Shown: positions 12,201-25,121 of the stretch, piece by piece
How the letters are laid out: each line of letters begins with the position of its first letter
Position numbering within the stretch: the first letter of the stretch is position 1
From: Octopus sinensis
Taxonomy: Eukaryota
DNA: 64,000 bases
Direction of reading: 5' to 3'
Assembly: GCF_006345805.1 (NCBI RefSeq)
Contig: NC_043010.1
Location: 44,330,001 to 44,394,000, forward strand
The notes under the pieces: model-generated
What the model was told of the DNA's origin: nothing
The model's input: the letters and a program-made list of their open reading frames with translations, nothing else
The model's database searches: none
Translations under genes and position numbers: made by a program

Positions 12201-14380
12201 TATTTTCGGTTCCTCACACCAATATTATTTTCTAAAATTGTTTTAAGCATAGGAAATTACAATTCTAAGAGAAACAAAAGAAAGAAAAAAAACTATGTCC
12301 CTATTTATTACTGCTTTTTGAATCATCGTTGTTTAACCCAAGGTCAATATATGAGGCACAGGGGAGGAGCACGAAATTCCCTCTGGCCTATTATGCCTAT
12401 TACTTAAGGTTAACGCGCCTAAAGTGTCTTTATTCCCGGGACCGAGAACTACTGGTCAACACTGACTGAACAGATCTATGATCAAAGGCATTCCAACTAT
12501 GACCACCCCATTCTTTTCTTGAGTATTGTGTATCTCTAAGGTCACATTGTCATTAGAATGTAAATAAAGGGAAATTTGGTGACTACCAGACCCAGCGATC
12601 ACTAACTGGACTCCTCAAAAAAATTTTAATAATGAGATGAAATATGTGACAAACGCAACCCGTTTCCATCTACAAGCTTCGATCGTTAATACCCATAGAA
12701 AATATTACTTCTGTACCACATAATACTGTTACACATTCCCCCCCCCTACACAATGCTTCTACAGGTTTCAAGAAACAAAATTCTAAACAGTTAAGATTCT
12801 CTACCAGTAATCTACACGTGGTTATGTAAACAATAAAATATAAACGATGGTTTAGATAACAAAGAACTGAATGGGATGTTTTGCGTGATTCAAAGTTCGA
12901 TCCATATTCAAATCTGAATAAGACCAACGACCGGGCGCACGCACGTAAAGCACACACAAACACCTTAAATTCTTTCTTTTAGCATGTGTTTACCGAATTA
13001 TCAAGCTGCAAAAATACAGTGAGAGAAGAAACAAGTGGCCTATATAAACCGCACAGATATAATTAATGGCTTGCAGTTGTTTAGTCCCAGGCCAATTCTG
13101 TTTAAGCAGATCTAATCGAGGACATTACAACGTTGGCCATCCTGTCTCATTGTCCGACGAGTCCTCCCTTGAGGTTGTAATTTTATGGAATATTGCTGTC
13201 AAATGTAGTAGGTCCGGCGTGTAATTGTATGGTGGTGCTGCCAGAGTAGAATTTTCAGTCAATACCTTTTAATTCGATACTGAACGAAAATAATCGGGAG
13301 CTTTTATTCCAGGCATTGATTCGTAAACTTTTGTCAGCTGTATTGTATGGCAAGTTACTCCATGGAATAATACATGTGTAGCTGCATTATGTGCATGTGT
13401 GCATCTAGATATGGATATGTAATTTCGGGTTTAGATACATATATGTGGAGGCATCACTAAAGCATGGGTGCTTTCATATACATCGAAACGATCCCATATG
13501 ATCATGAAAGAGATTGCAAGAAATCAATACTAATAAAATAACTAAATGCAAGTCAACAGACGTGAAAGAAATCCTTTATAATGGGTTTCCTCAAAGAAAA
13601 TCCTCTCTATAAACCATATTCCCCGTAATTATTTTTCAATTAATTCATCTTTTTCAGTCTTTTCATTTATTTTTCATAGAATGTACATTTTTTTTCCATC
13701 GAAAGATCTAAATAATTTTCAGTGATTTAAAATAAAAATTAAAACATAAACTATAATGGCATTTTAGAAGTTAATGTAGAATGAAAATATCTTTAAAAAC
13801 TTTCACGAACTTGTCAAATTAGCTTCCACATTGAAACAAACAAATACATGTATATAATATATAAAATGTATATATGTAGGGGTATATTTGTTGTTAGGAT
13901 GAAATAGGCAAACTATAACTAAACAACATGAGATTATCAGTGAAAAGTCAAAACTGTTTAACACTCACAGGAAACTTGTCAAAAATGAAAGCGTAAATAT
14001 ACAAAATTAATTAATTGTAATGATGATGATTAAATAATTGTCGCTTTGTGGTCCTCGACTACTATTCCTGCCATCCACACAGCAAACAGGGCTCCTATTG
14101 ATTATCCATCAGTGATGTTGTTGCTGTTGTTGTTGGCATAGTGAATATAAGGTTTATAGTGTGAGTGTGTGTGGTCAATTATTGACAGTTTATTGAGAGA
14201 GAGAGAGATAGGGGGCGAGAGTAATGAAAGGCGGCTGGGAGCACGTGAGAGAGAGAGGAAAAGAAGCAGGACACAGATACAAGGAGTGAGAGCAGAAAGA
14301 GAAAGGGCAATAAATAAGAAAGAGGAGGAGGGTAGGAAGAAAGAGAGTGTTTAGCGAGAAGCGACCACTGAATATTGGCG

Positions 14381-14402
14381 TAGCAACTGTTGCTATGACT
14401 CA
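14381..14402. promoter_or_regulatory. Palindrome TAGCAAC-T-GTTGCTA (RFX half-sites) abutting an AP-1 site TGACTCA
   Basis: Perfect 7-bp inverted repeat at 14381-14395 and TGACTCA at 14396-14402, in a CpG-rich, repeat-poor zone. Motif match only. Confidence 0.4.
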
Positions 14403-14795
14403 CAAATGTTACTCTGTACCCATAGTGATGTTATATAATCTCTATCTCGCCTTTCCCATCCGCAGGCTTGCCATACGTCCCTGCTGTCTGTCTGTCTCCA
14501 TCGTTCTCTCTCTCTCTCTCTCACACACACACGCACAAACAATAGCATTTATATAAACAGAAATGGATGAGTCATTTACAGGGAAATGAAACGCGGGTAC
14601 TATTTTGTTTCTTATTCAACCACTAACCCATCAGCGTTTTCTATTACTGTGACCCTCATCATTTCGAAATGACCTGAGGCTAAGTAAGACATCCCACGAA
14701 AGCTCTCTCGCTTTCTCCTTCGTAATATCTCTTCCCCTCACACATAAAATAATTTTTATGAGGCGAAAAGAAACGAGAAGTTGTGACGATCATAC

Positions 14796-14950
14796 CTTCT
14801 GTGAAGGCATTAGCAATCGGAATTAAAATGATATGATGCAGGTTCAAATTTGTTTTTATACATATTTTTATGTCGAAGTCTGGGATTGAGCTTAGTGAGA
14901 ACTTGGCGCTCAGTGAATTAATAATGATTTCTAAAATAGAGCACAAGACC
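14796..14950 (-). other. Possible non-coding first exon of gene A
   Basis: Donor CAGAAG|gtatga at 14795, at the edge of a CpG-rich zone upstream of exon 3242-3347. The 5' boundary is unknown. Confidence 0.3.
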
Positions 14951-15851
14951 CAATTTATAACTATTTATTTATTTATTTCGCCATTAACTCGACTGGTGCT
15001 TATTTTATTTTATAAAAGTATGAAAGGCAAAGTTGGGCTGTAAAGAATTTGAAATCATTAAGCAATAAAATACTGCAAAACACTTTGTCCAGCATTTTAA
15101 TAGGTTATAATAAATCTACGGCCAACTACGATTTATAGAAGGTGACTATATCATGGTTGTCATCAGTCAAGTTTGACCTTGCATCTGCACATGTCTGCAC
15201 AGGCCTGGACAAGATACTTTGAGGAAATACATGTAAGTCTCCCCCTTCCATGCCATTGATTTTTATTCAAGGGAAGCCTACTGATTTGGGCCAATATGGT
15301 TTGGCACCTGTCTTGTAGGCATTATTATCAGAAAGCAAAGAACCAGAATATATATTAATAATTCCTGAATTGATAACAATTTTATCAAATCCTTAAAGAA
15401 TGAAAGGCAAAGTGACCTTGGAGGGATTTGAGCTCAGACAGCAGTGAGTAAGAACAAATACTGCAAGGTATTTTATCCAATAGTTGAGCAGCTCTAACAG
15501 CTCAAGTTAATAAGGGCAAGTCTTTGCACAGTTGCTGAATTAGCTAGAAATAGCTGCCAATTATCTTTCAAATAATATTTTACTATCTTAAATTAGGAAT
15601 GGACATATTGAGCAATATACCCAATATATACAGAAAAACAAAGTGATATATTACATCACCTGTGAGAAAACTGCCCAAAGGGTGGTGTTCCTCCTAGTAT
15701 ACATGTGTTTGTTGTATATGCACATATGGGGATAGAAATAACTGAGATGGTAAATGAGCATGCTGTAGGGTGATTCTAAGAAGGATGGCCCCAAAGTTCT
15801 TGTCAGAACATCAAGGTGGGAGAGGCAGAGATAAGGTTCTTTAGCTATGTT

Positions 15852-16085
15852 GGAGGGAAACTCTGGTAGAAACGTTAGCATGCTGGGCGAAATATGTAGC
15901 CATATTTCGTCTGTCATTATGTTCCGAGTTCAAATTCCGCCGAGGTCCACTTTGCCTTTCATCCTTTCAGGGTCGATAAAATTAAGTACCAGTTACGCAC
16001 TGGAGTCGATGTAATCGACTTAATCCCTTTGTCTGTCCTTGTTTGTCCCCTCTGTGTTTAGCCCCTTGTGGGTAGTAAAGAAATA
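15852..16085 (+). mobile_element. tRNA-derived SINE (ggcggcgagctggcagaa family)
   Basis: Matches the copies at 6601, 26401 and 42569, ending ttagccccttgtgggtagtaaagaaata. Confidence 0.9.
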
Positions 16086-17086
16086 TGTTTTCACGGTCCA
16101 ATTGCCTTGTGGGTGAGTTCATGAAGACAAAGACAGAGGAAGTAAGGTTGTGGCAGTCAGCTTTAAGTTGGTTTGCAACAGACAGGATTTCTAGCAGCCC
16201 CCTGCAAATGGGAATAGGTAGCAGTCGTTCTGAGTCACCCTTCCCACTAGATCTATCTCCTCGACAGCAAAGATAGTGATAACTGGGATGAGTGCACACC
16301 CATATAATACCATAAAGATTCATTACACTTGTGTTTTGTCCTGCAATTTGCATCCAGGACCTTAGATCTGAGTGAAACCAGTAAAAGAGTGATAACCTGA
16401 AGGACAAATAAAAATGTAGTGGATATAGTTTTGAGTTCAAACTACGTGAGTGCCACCTAAGTTTTGTATTCTTTAAATGGATTTAAAGAATTCTCATTAT
16501 TTAAAAAAAATTCATTTCATAACAAAATAAGCAGTAACATATTGATTTCAAATTTTGGCACAAGGCCAACAATTTCAAGGGAGGGGGTAAGTTGATTATA
16601 TTGATCCCAGTGCTCAACCAGTACTTATTTTATTAACCCTGAAAGTATGAAAGACAAGGTCAACCTCAACAGAATTTGAACTCAGAACGTAAAGACGGAC
16701 AAAATGCCACTATGCATTTTGCCCAGCATGCAAACAATTCTGCCAGTTCATTGCCTTAACAAGCAGTAACATATTAAAGCCAATTCAACTGACAATAATG
16801 ATTTTTCCTTTAATCCCTTTTGTTATATTTCTGTTGGAATATACTTTCATTTCAGTTTTTAAAGCAATGAAGAATTTATCATCATTAAGCTGGTGTCTGG
16901 AACACAAATTAATGTGAAATTTTGATGGATGGTTTTAATTTTGATCACTGTATGACAAGGGATGGTTTCAGGTGGGCCAGTATGAAAAAGTCAAATGTCC
17001 TACAAGTTCTAAATCAGAGAAATAACTTATTTTATGGTTTTATTCTTGTATGGACTAAGCCAAAATGGCGTGCTTATTTCTTAAAC

Positions 17087-17323
17087 CATCATCATCATCA
17101 TCATTTAACGTCTGCTTTCCATGCTAGCATGGGTTGGATGATTTGACTGAGGTCTGGCGAACCAGACTCCAATCTGATCTGGCAGAGTTTCTACAGCTGG
17201 ATGCCCTTCCTAACGCCAACCACTCCGAGAGTGTAGTGGGTGCTTTTATGTGCCAGTGGCACGAGGGCCAGTTTGGTGGTACTGGCATCGGCCACGCCCA
17301 AATGGTGCTTTTTATGTGCCACC
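17087..17323 (-). mobile_element. Truncated RTE LINE 3' end, (GAT)n tail
   Basis: Same tail family. Two gtgctttt-gtgcca units. Confidence 0.8.
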
Positions 17324-18577
17324 TGAAAACTGAATAACTTCAGAGAGTATCTTTGATACTTGCACTGCTCTAGGACACCATAAAAATTTGTTGAGATACC
17401 TTTAGAAATACAAGTGGCTTGTCTCTTGAGAGGGAAAGAAAGAGTGTGTGTGTGTGAGTGAGAGAGAGCGAAAAGAGAGAGAAGGGAGATTACAGGATTG
17501 CAGAGGCAGAGAGAAAGTAAATGGTACATGTGAAGGAAAAAAAATGTCAAAGAATTAAGGCTGGGACTGATTTATTATATTTTGAATTCCATCTAAAGAG
17601 ATTTAGAAGTTAAGCAATATCTCTACTGCAACATTGTCATCATCACTCTCATTCTCTCTTTCTTTCTCTCTCTCTCCACACATGCACACACAAATTTTAA
17701 AAAAGGGTATTCCATATATTTCTTCAGTTATAAAGAACAATTTGCTTTTGATAACAGAAATATTTATCAATACGTGATCAATTCTATTGGCCAAAGGAAT
17801 TGGTGTCAACAAATAGATGAGACAAAGGAAAGCTCTGACACAGTTATTTGACAAGCAAAAATAAAAGCCAAACCTCCTTCACACTGCACCCAGTCATAGG
17901 TCAATTAATAAAGGTTGATCAGGGAGAAGAAAGGTGTGCTCACAATAACAACTAGATGACAGACAGAGAATTAGGTGTTTTTCTCAAGATTTGCAAATAC
18001 CTGCAGCAGATTTGAACTCCAAACCCTAAAACTAGTGGTCCATTTATCTTATGTATTTGGGTATTTCAATTGCTACACACACACCTACTCACGTTTATCT
18101 CTATCAAAAACAGAAATTTCTAATCAAAACTACTCAGTGAGTACTGTAAAATGAGTGAGTCCTCATCTTAAATATGTCCACAAATAGTCCACTGTTTATC
18201 TAGTCTAACAACTAAGAAAATACAAATATAATCTAGCTTAATTAACTTGAAACGTAGATGCCACTCCAACGATATGGTTGAGGTGGTTGGCACAAGGAAA
18301 AGTATCTAAGCTATTTGGTGATAATTTTGTTATATGAAACCTTCACACACATTCTTACAATGAACTTATGCTGGTATGAACAAATTAGCAACGCTAAATA
18401 AATTGATACATAAATCAGTAACTATCTAGATTTAAGATTAACCTATTTATTCTTTTTAAGGGTCAAAACTCAGAAATGAAAGTGCTTTGGAACATAACCA
18501 ACTGTCTCATGCACTAAAGACAGAACTTAACTCTTTACATACAATATGGAAGTTATTGCTGTGTACTTTGCAGAATA

Positions 18578-18809
18578 CATTTCACGTTGCCGATGCCAGA
18601 CTCCCCTGGCACCTGTGCAGGTGGCACGTAAAAAGCACCCACTACACTCACAGAGTGGTTGGCGTTAGGAAGGGCATCCAGCTGTAGAAACACTGCCAGA
18701 CCAGACTGGAGCCTGGTGCAGCCCCTGGCTTCCCAGACCCGGGTCGAACCGTCCAACCCATGCTAGCGCGGAAAACGAACGTTAAACGATGATGATGATG
18801 ATGATGATG
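18578..18809 (+). mobile_element. Truncated RTE LINE 3' end, (GAT)n tail
   Basis: Ends gttaaac(gat)n and retains its CpGs. Confidence 0.8.
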
Positions 18810-18906
18810 TTTCTTTTCTGTATTCTATATTCATGTTTTCAGCAGAATTCTGGAGTAAGTGTTAATGATTCTGCCAGCTCACCACTCTTAATAATAATAA
18901 TTGGTA

Positions 18907-19395
18907 TAAAAGATGTGCTACAGCAAATATTCTGCTCAATACTAATGATTTGTCAGTTGCCTTAAGCAGTTGGGCATGTCCCTTAGTGGCTAACAATATG
19001 TGCATCTCTGATCATGAGCAGGAGTAGTCTGGGAGCACCATGGCCATGTGTTGAGAGGAATTCTTTGGGGTTTGAAAAATTCACCTCTGGAAATAGGGGT
19101 GTTTCATTCATCATCCTTATTCAAACCTTATTCAGGGACCTTTTGAGTGGGACGGGCTACTCACCCTGAAGAAAGTTCTAACTGGACCCCACTTGCAAGG
19201 TCATGTGCTGTTTATCTTGATATGAGATCACCATGTTGCACATATGATTGTGATTCGTGTGCCTGGTGTACTCTTTTCAGATTGTTAGTCAAAATGGGTG
19301 TATTGGACATCGTATATTTGTACACCAGTGTCACTTTGATGGCATGCATTGCTCCCTCACTCAATAATAGTAATAATAATAATAATAGTAGTAGT
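18907..19395 (+). mobile_element. Probable retroposon with (TAA)n tail, family not assigned
   Basis: GC-richer block with a SINE-like start, ending in (aat)n. No ORF similarity recognised. Confidence 0.5.
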
Positions 19396-19501
19396 AGCTT
19401 AATAATAATAATATTTGTAAAATTGTTACAAATTCAACCTCTACAAGATTTTGAACTCATAAAATCATTAAGAGCCAACTTTTCTTTTCATTCTTCTAAA
19501 G

Positions 19502-19740
19502 CAGTGGTTTTTAACTAAGGTCCATATGGTAGTTGGGTGTCCAAATAAGATTTTGCTGTTAAAATCTATGTGCAATGAACTGGTTATACTTCTATAATAC
19601 ACCAAATATCTTAACAATTTTTAAATATAATTTCTGATAATTTTTAATTATAAAAATATAATAGAAGTTTTTAGATCATTGACTACTTAGAAGGGTCCAC
19701 CAAAGTAAAATAGGCATCATAAATGGTTGAAGAACCACTG
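19502..19740. mobile_element. hAT-type MITE with 8-bp TSD
   Basis: cagtggtttttaac ... gttgaagaaccactg, flanked by ttctaaag at 19494-19501 and 19741-19748. Confidence 0.9.
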
Positions 19741-22700
19741 TTCTAAAGTCTATAAAATATTACTGGAGAAGAAAGAAAGAATGAGTGTGTGTAGGTGTGT
19801 GTATGCGTATATATAGAGGCGCACGCATGCGTGTGTGTGGATGTGTGTATTTGTGAATGTGCATGCGTACATGCATGTATGCTCATGTGTGTGTATGTGT
19901 GAACTATGTAACTATTTCAGAGGAAGGGATTTGATTTAATTTAAATTTTTGAAATGGTAATGGTGGTGATGGTCTGGATGGTAGCAGCATTTTGACATTT
20001 GTTCAAGATAATCCAGACAATAAACAGAGGATTGGAGAAAAAAAGTTTGAATTTTGACATGAGAAGATAAGAGAAAGAGAGGACATACTGTTAAGAGAGC
20101 AGCAACATAATTAGATGATGTAGGAGGAGGAGGAGAATGAAAGAGAAGGAAGAGGAGATAAATGGCAATAGATGAAAATGATAAATGGCAATAGATGAAA
20201 TAAAGCTTATGGAGAGAAGGATGTGTGAAAATAAGAGTTGGGGGGGGGTAGAAAAAGAGATGAGTGGAGATAAGTTGGGAGGGGGGTAAAGATAAGAAAT
20301 AAGGCAGCTGGAACAAGGGTATAGAATTTGATTGTTGAGGTAGTGAAGACACTAGAATGAGATAAAATGTTGGAAACATTGGTGCAAAGTCAGAGCGAGT
20401 TGTTTGGCTTCTTTAACAGGAGACTAACTCTCTCTCTCTCTCTTTGACACAGACACACAGACACGCACACACACACACACACACACACATGAAGGAATTT
20501 CTTTGCAGTCACACATCCTGCTAAAAATATCTGCCAAGTCTCCCTTAAATCACATCCTACCCAGTCTACATTACCCAAGGACACATTGAGTAATGTAGAC
20601 TGAGAAACATTATTGTTTATTAATTATTTTCAAAAAAAAAAAAAAAATCTGATAAATTCAATTTGATAGACTTCTTGATCTCTGTCGAATTTATACAACT
20701 GTCTTCTCCATTTTCACTCATCAAAAACAAAAGTTTAGAATTATTTTTATCATATATTATCATAATTTGTAATAATTTTTAAAATCATATATTTATTATT
20801 CATTTATGAATATATAACATTCCATACATTTCTATTATCTATACCTGTGGACATATATTATCATATATGTCCCATGCTTTGTGTGCTGTTGCATTGTATT
20901 GTTAAGCTTGTGTCTTTGTTGCCCTCGATCTAAAATCCACTACCACCACCACCAGATAATTCTTCTTTATTATGACAATAGTCTTTAAATCTCCAAATAT
21001 AATGATTCAGAATAATATAAATTTGTGCAACAAAACTTAAAAGTCACTAAATAGTCAAGATCTTGAAAGGTTTTAAGGTAAAAGAATTGTTAATACTTTT
21101 GTTACTATATTTCTAATGAAATGCACTTCCACTGTTTCAATTAATTTAAAAAATTATGAAGAATTTAGTAAAATACTATCGTCATTAAGCTGGTGTTTGG
21201 AACATAAATTAATATGAAATTTTGATGGATGGTTTCGATTAAGGTCTCTTTAAAACAAGAAGTTTGTAACATAGAACCAGAGGTTGTGTCAAGCAGGCTA
21301 GTATCAAAAGGGCTAAATTGGGATATTTGCCTCTTCCAAGAAAACGTTTGTCATAAACTGAAGTATTGAGATTCATGTCAGACTGAACAAAGAATGCATT
21401 TTATATAGAGATAAAGTGCAGTAAAAGGACAGGAATTATAAGTGAGCACAACAAAGTATCAACCAGGTAGTCACTTTAGGGTTTCCTTTCTATGTCCTTT
21501 AGAATCTACAAACACACTGAGTTTACATAAACATCTATCAGGGACAAACTTGAAGACAAAATATTCCAAATGAATGTAAAAATATGCAGTTGAAAGACCA
21601 AATCTTTATCAACTTCAAGTACTTCGAGTGTAGTGAGCGGGGTGTAGCTCTCCAGTAGATCACAGCAACAAAAGTTAGATGACCATTTTCCATTTCTAGA
21701 TGAAATCCACTTCATATAGGTTTGTTGTTCATATTTTTAGGAAAGACAGAACTTCAAAATTTTGTATTTCTATACAAATAAGGTGTGATAATTCTGATAT
21801 CTTTAATCTTTCACTCGTTTTAGTCATCAGACTGCAGCCATGCAGTCAAATGACTGAAGAATATTTTAGCTGAATGAATCAACCCCAGTACTTATTTTTT
21901 TGTTAAGCCTAGTACTTATTCTATCAGCTTCTTTTGCTGAACTGCTTAGTTATGGGGATGTAAACACACCAACATTGGTTGTCAAGCAGTGGTTGGTGAC
22001 AAACACACACATATATGACAGGCTTCTTTCAGTTTCTGTCTACCAAAACTTCTCACAAGGCTTTGGTTGGCCCAAGGCTATAGTAGATGACACTTGCCTA
22101 AGGTGCCACACAGTGGGACTGAACCCAGAACCATGTGGTTGGGAAGTAAGCTTCTTACCACACAGCCATGCCTGCACTTTTTGCAAGAAATTTTCATTAT
22201 CATTCTTGTTATTACTCTGATATATTTTGTTTCTTATTTTTAATGAGTCTGTGCATGTCACATCACATTAAGTAATTTCTTGAAGTTGCAATCTAACAGC
22301 CAGCTCGAGATTGTTCTTTTTCTTGAGTCTTATTAACTTGTGGTGCTTCACTATAACAAGAGTTGATTTAAGATAAAATAAAAGCCTACAGGTGTAAGAA
22401 CTATTGTTTAAAAATGGGATGAAAGTATAAATGAATATAAAAAGTACATGGTGACTTCAAAAAAGTAGTTTTATGAATGAATAAACACAAATGAAATAGA
22501 ATGAAAATTAAAAGAAAAGCATAAGCTAAAGTAACAATAAAATTAGCTTTTCGTTAATAGAAGAGATTATTTCTGTAGCAGTTAATTGTTTTTTTTTTTT
22601 TTTTGCTATGGGCAACTACCTATCTAACAATATAAAATCTGTGCCTATCTATTTATCCATCCATCCCCATCGCTTCTATGAAAAGGAAAACATGGTGTTG

Positions 22701-22865
22701 AACAAAAGAACAACTTAATAAATGCTTCAGGCATATTTTACTGCTTTTGTTAAACTGACTTTTAAGTACAAAAACAAACACGTGGCCTCATGCTCAAGTA
22801 AGAAGAAATTATTATTACTGTTGTCAACATTGTTGTTATTATTATTATTATCATTATTATTATTA

Positions 22866-23630
22866 AAGCGGTGAGCTGGCAGAATCGTTAGCATGCCAGG
22901 TGAAATGCTTAGCAGTATTTCTTCTGTCTGCATCTTTTAAGTTCAAATTCCACTGGGGTTGACTTTACCATTCATCCTTTCTGGGTTGATAAAATAAGTA
23001 CCAGTTGAGCACTAGGGGTTAATGTAATTAACTATCCCCTGCCCGCCAAATTTAAGGCTTTGTCCTTATAGTAGAAACAATTATTATTATTATCTTTATA
23101 ATATAGGGCAGCGAGCTGACAGAATTGTTAGCACACTGGGCAAATTGTTTAGCTGCATTTCGTCCATCTTTACATTCTGAGTTCAAATTCTGATGAGATT
23201 GACATTGCTTTTCATCATTTCGGGGTCAATAAAATAAGTACCAGTTGATCACCAGTGTAGATGTAATTGACATACACCCTCCCACCAAATTGCTGGCCTT
23301 GTACTTATAGTAGAAAAGATTATCATTATTACTACTACTACTATGACGACTACTACTACTACTACTACTATTTTTTTTTACCACCACCATAAGTTACTAC
23401 TATTATTACTACTAAAGCAGTGAGCTGGTGGAATTGTTAGTACATTGGGCAAAATGCTTAGTGGTATTTCTTCTGGATCTTTGAATTCAGAGTTGACGGT
23501 CAACTTTGCCTTTCTTCCTTTTTGGATCAACAAAATAAGTACCAGTCGAGCAGTGGGGTTAATGTTATTGATTAATCCCATCCCTCAAAATTTCAGGCCT
23601 TGTGCCAATAGTAGAAAGGATTATAATAAG
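22866..23630 (+). mobile_element. Three head-to-tail SINEs separated by (TAT)n/(TAC)n tails
   Basis: Heads aaagcggtgagctggc at ~22866, ~23107 and ~23414. Each ends tagtagaaa(g)...attat. Confidence 0.8.
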
Positions 23631-24248
23631 TGAAAAAAAGTGATGATTTGAAAGAAACAGTAGAGTCCTGCAGTATTCATTTCTCTTCCTCAAGTGTCAA
23701 CTCTTGTTGGATTTAAATTAAATATTTCCTCAATCAAGAGTCAATAAAAGATGATTTTAGTCAATTTTTGGAGTCATTGTAATGGACTCTCGTTCAGACA
23801 GGGTAATCTTTTCTGAGAAACAGGTTCCATGAGATATGGCTTATCATCAGGCAGACTACCAAAAAGATTCAAGTTAAATTATCAGGTGAAGAAATAGTAG
23901 GTTTCTCAGGTGACTTTAATAGTGCTGGTGGCACGAGAAAAACACCTGGTACACACTGTAAAGTGGTTGGCATTATGAAGGGCATACAGCTGTAGAAACC
24001 ACGCCAAAGGAGTCACTGGAGGATTTTGTGGTATTTGGATCTACTGGATCTTGTCAAACCATCCAACCCAAGCCAGCATGTTTTACATGGGTGTTAAATA
24101 ATGATACACATATGCATATATATGTGTGTGTATATACATTCTTTTATTTTTTTACTTGTTTCAATTATTGGTCGCAAGAGATAAAGAGTTGACTCCTCCA
24201 TAACTAGTTGTCCCATTCCCCTACCTAATCTGATACATTAGCAGTTCC

Positions 24249-24305
24249 CTAATATATACTCAATTTTTTCATCATTTGTAAATCTTGAAATATCAGCAGC
24301 ATATC
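24249..24305 (-). CDS. Probable terminal coding exon of gene C: DMLLIFQDLQMMKKLSIY*
   Basis: Strong acceptor tttttttttttctgtttacag. Phase 0 matches exon 24367-24422 across a 61-nt intron. TAG at 24251-24249. Confidence 0.55.
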   Translation of the reverse strand, partial: DMLLIFQDLQMMKKLSIY

Positions 24306-24366
24306 CTGTAAACAGAAAAAAAAAAGAAAAAGTTTATCTGTTTTTTTTCCTTTCTGTTTAACTTAC

Positions 24367-24422
24367 ATTTCCTTCTTCTCCAAATTTCTCTAACATCTCC
24401 CATGCTGTGGATTCATTGAAAA
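24367..24422 (-). CDS. Coding exon of gene C: (V)FNESTAWEMLEKFGEEGN
   Basis: Acceptor ttttatttcag and donor AAT|gtaagt. 56 nt, one fully open frame (phase 1 to 0), compatible with the phase-1 end of exon 35605-36049. Confidence 0.7.
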
Positions 24423-24674
24423 CTGAAATAAAAATATAAAAAATGGTTATCAGACTGTGCAAAATAAGGAAGGAAATAAGGGAGAGAGAAAATTTAAGAA
24501 ATTAAGATGAAAATCAGAAAAGAAATAAAACCACATAATAATAAAGAAATGACACCATTTGAATTTACAAAAAAAAAAAAAACAACAAAAAAACCCCCAG
24601 AAGTTTTGAGCATATATTCCTCTCTGTTCAAATAACATTGGTAGCACAGAACATCAAAGTTTCTTTCCATTTAA

Positions 24675-24894
24675 CCCTTTAGTGTTTAAACCGGCCATAT
24701 CTAGCCCAAATATTCTATATGTTTTATATTCAAACAGGCTAGATCTGGCCTCTCACACCTAACCTACATTGACATTCTAAAAATAAACAATCACATCATT
24801 GAAACCTCAAAGCTATGAGATAATGCATGATTAACTCAAAACAATTTGAGTGAGAAAGTATTACATTTAACAGAGTGATCTGAACACTAAAGGG
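24675..24894. mobile_element. piggyBac-type MITE, family 2
   Basis: TTAA|ccctttagtgtt ... aacactaaaggg|TTAA. The interior is unrelated to family 1. Confidence 0.85.
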
Positions 24895-25065
24895 TTAAAG
24901 ATCTTTTCAGTTTGGTTGCCAATTTTCAAAAATTCAGTTTATTAAAAATTTTAAAATTTGGTACATTAATGTAGTTTTCCAAGCTGAATCTCGAAAGATA
25001 TTTCACTTTTTCCAGAAAATTTTTAAAAAGAAGTTTATAGAGGTTTAAAGTTTCATAATTTTTAC

Positions 25066-25121
25066 CCAGTCAGAAAACAAGATTTGGAAGCTGTCATTTT
25101 GTGCGTGACACAACATATCAA
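25066..25121 (-). CDS. Candidate alternative exon: (V)DMLCHAQNDSFQILFSDW
   Basis: Acceptor cttttctgtttacag and donor TGG|gtaaaa. 56 nt, open in phase 1 to 0. Splice-site inference only. Confidence 0.3.

Noticed and set aside
13120-13265. Minus-strand frame LAAPPYNYTPDLLHL resembling a fungal MFS loop motif
   Set aside because: Only ~46 codons, bounded by stops, with no good splice sites or transmembrane context.
15982-16440. 152-aa minus-strand ORF with a good acceptor near 16400
   Set aside because: Runs into a SINE, has no donor, and the peptide has no recognisable motif.
24239-24403. Alternative reading MGDVREIWRRRK-UGA-YAADISRF..., with UGA formed at the splice junction (selenoprotein-like)
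   Set aside because: No similarity to known selenoprotein families and no SECIS seen. The other frame is open without recoding.
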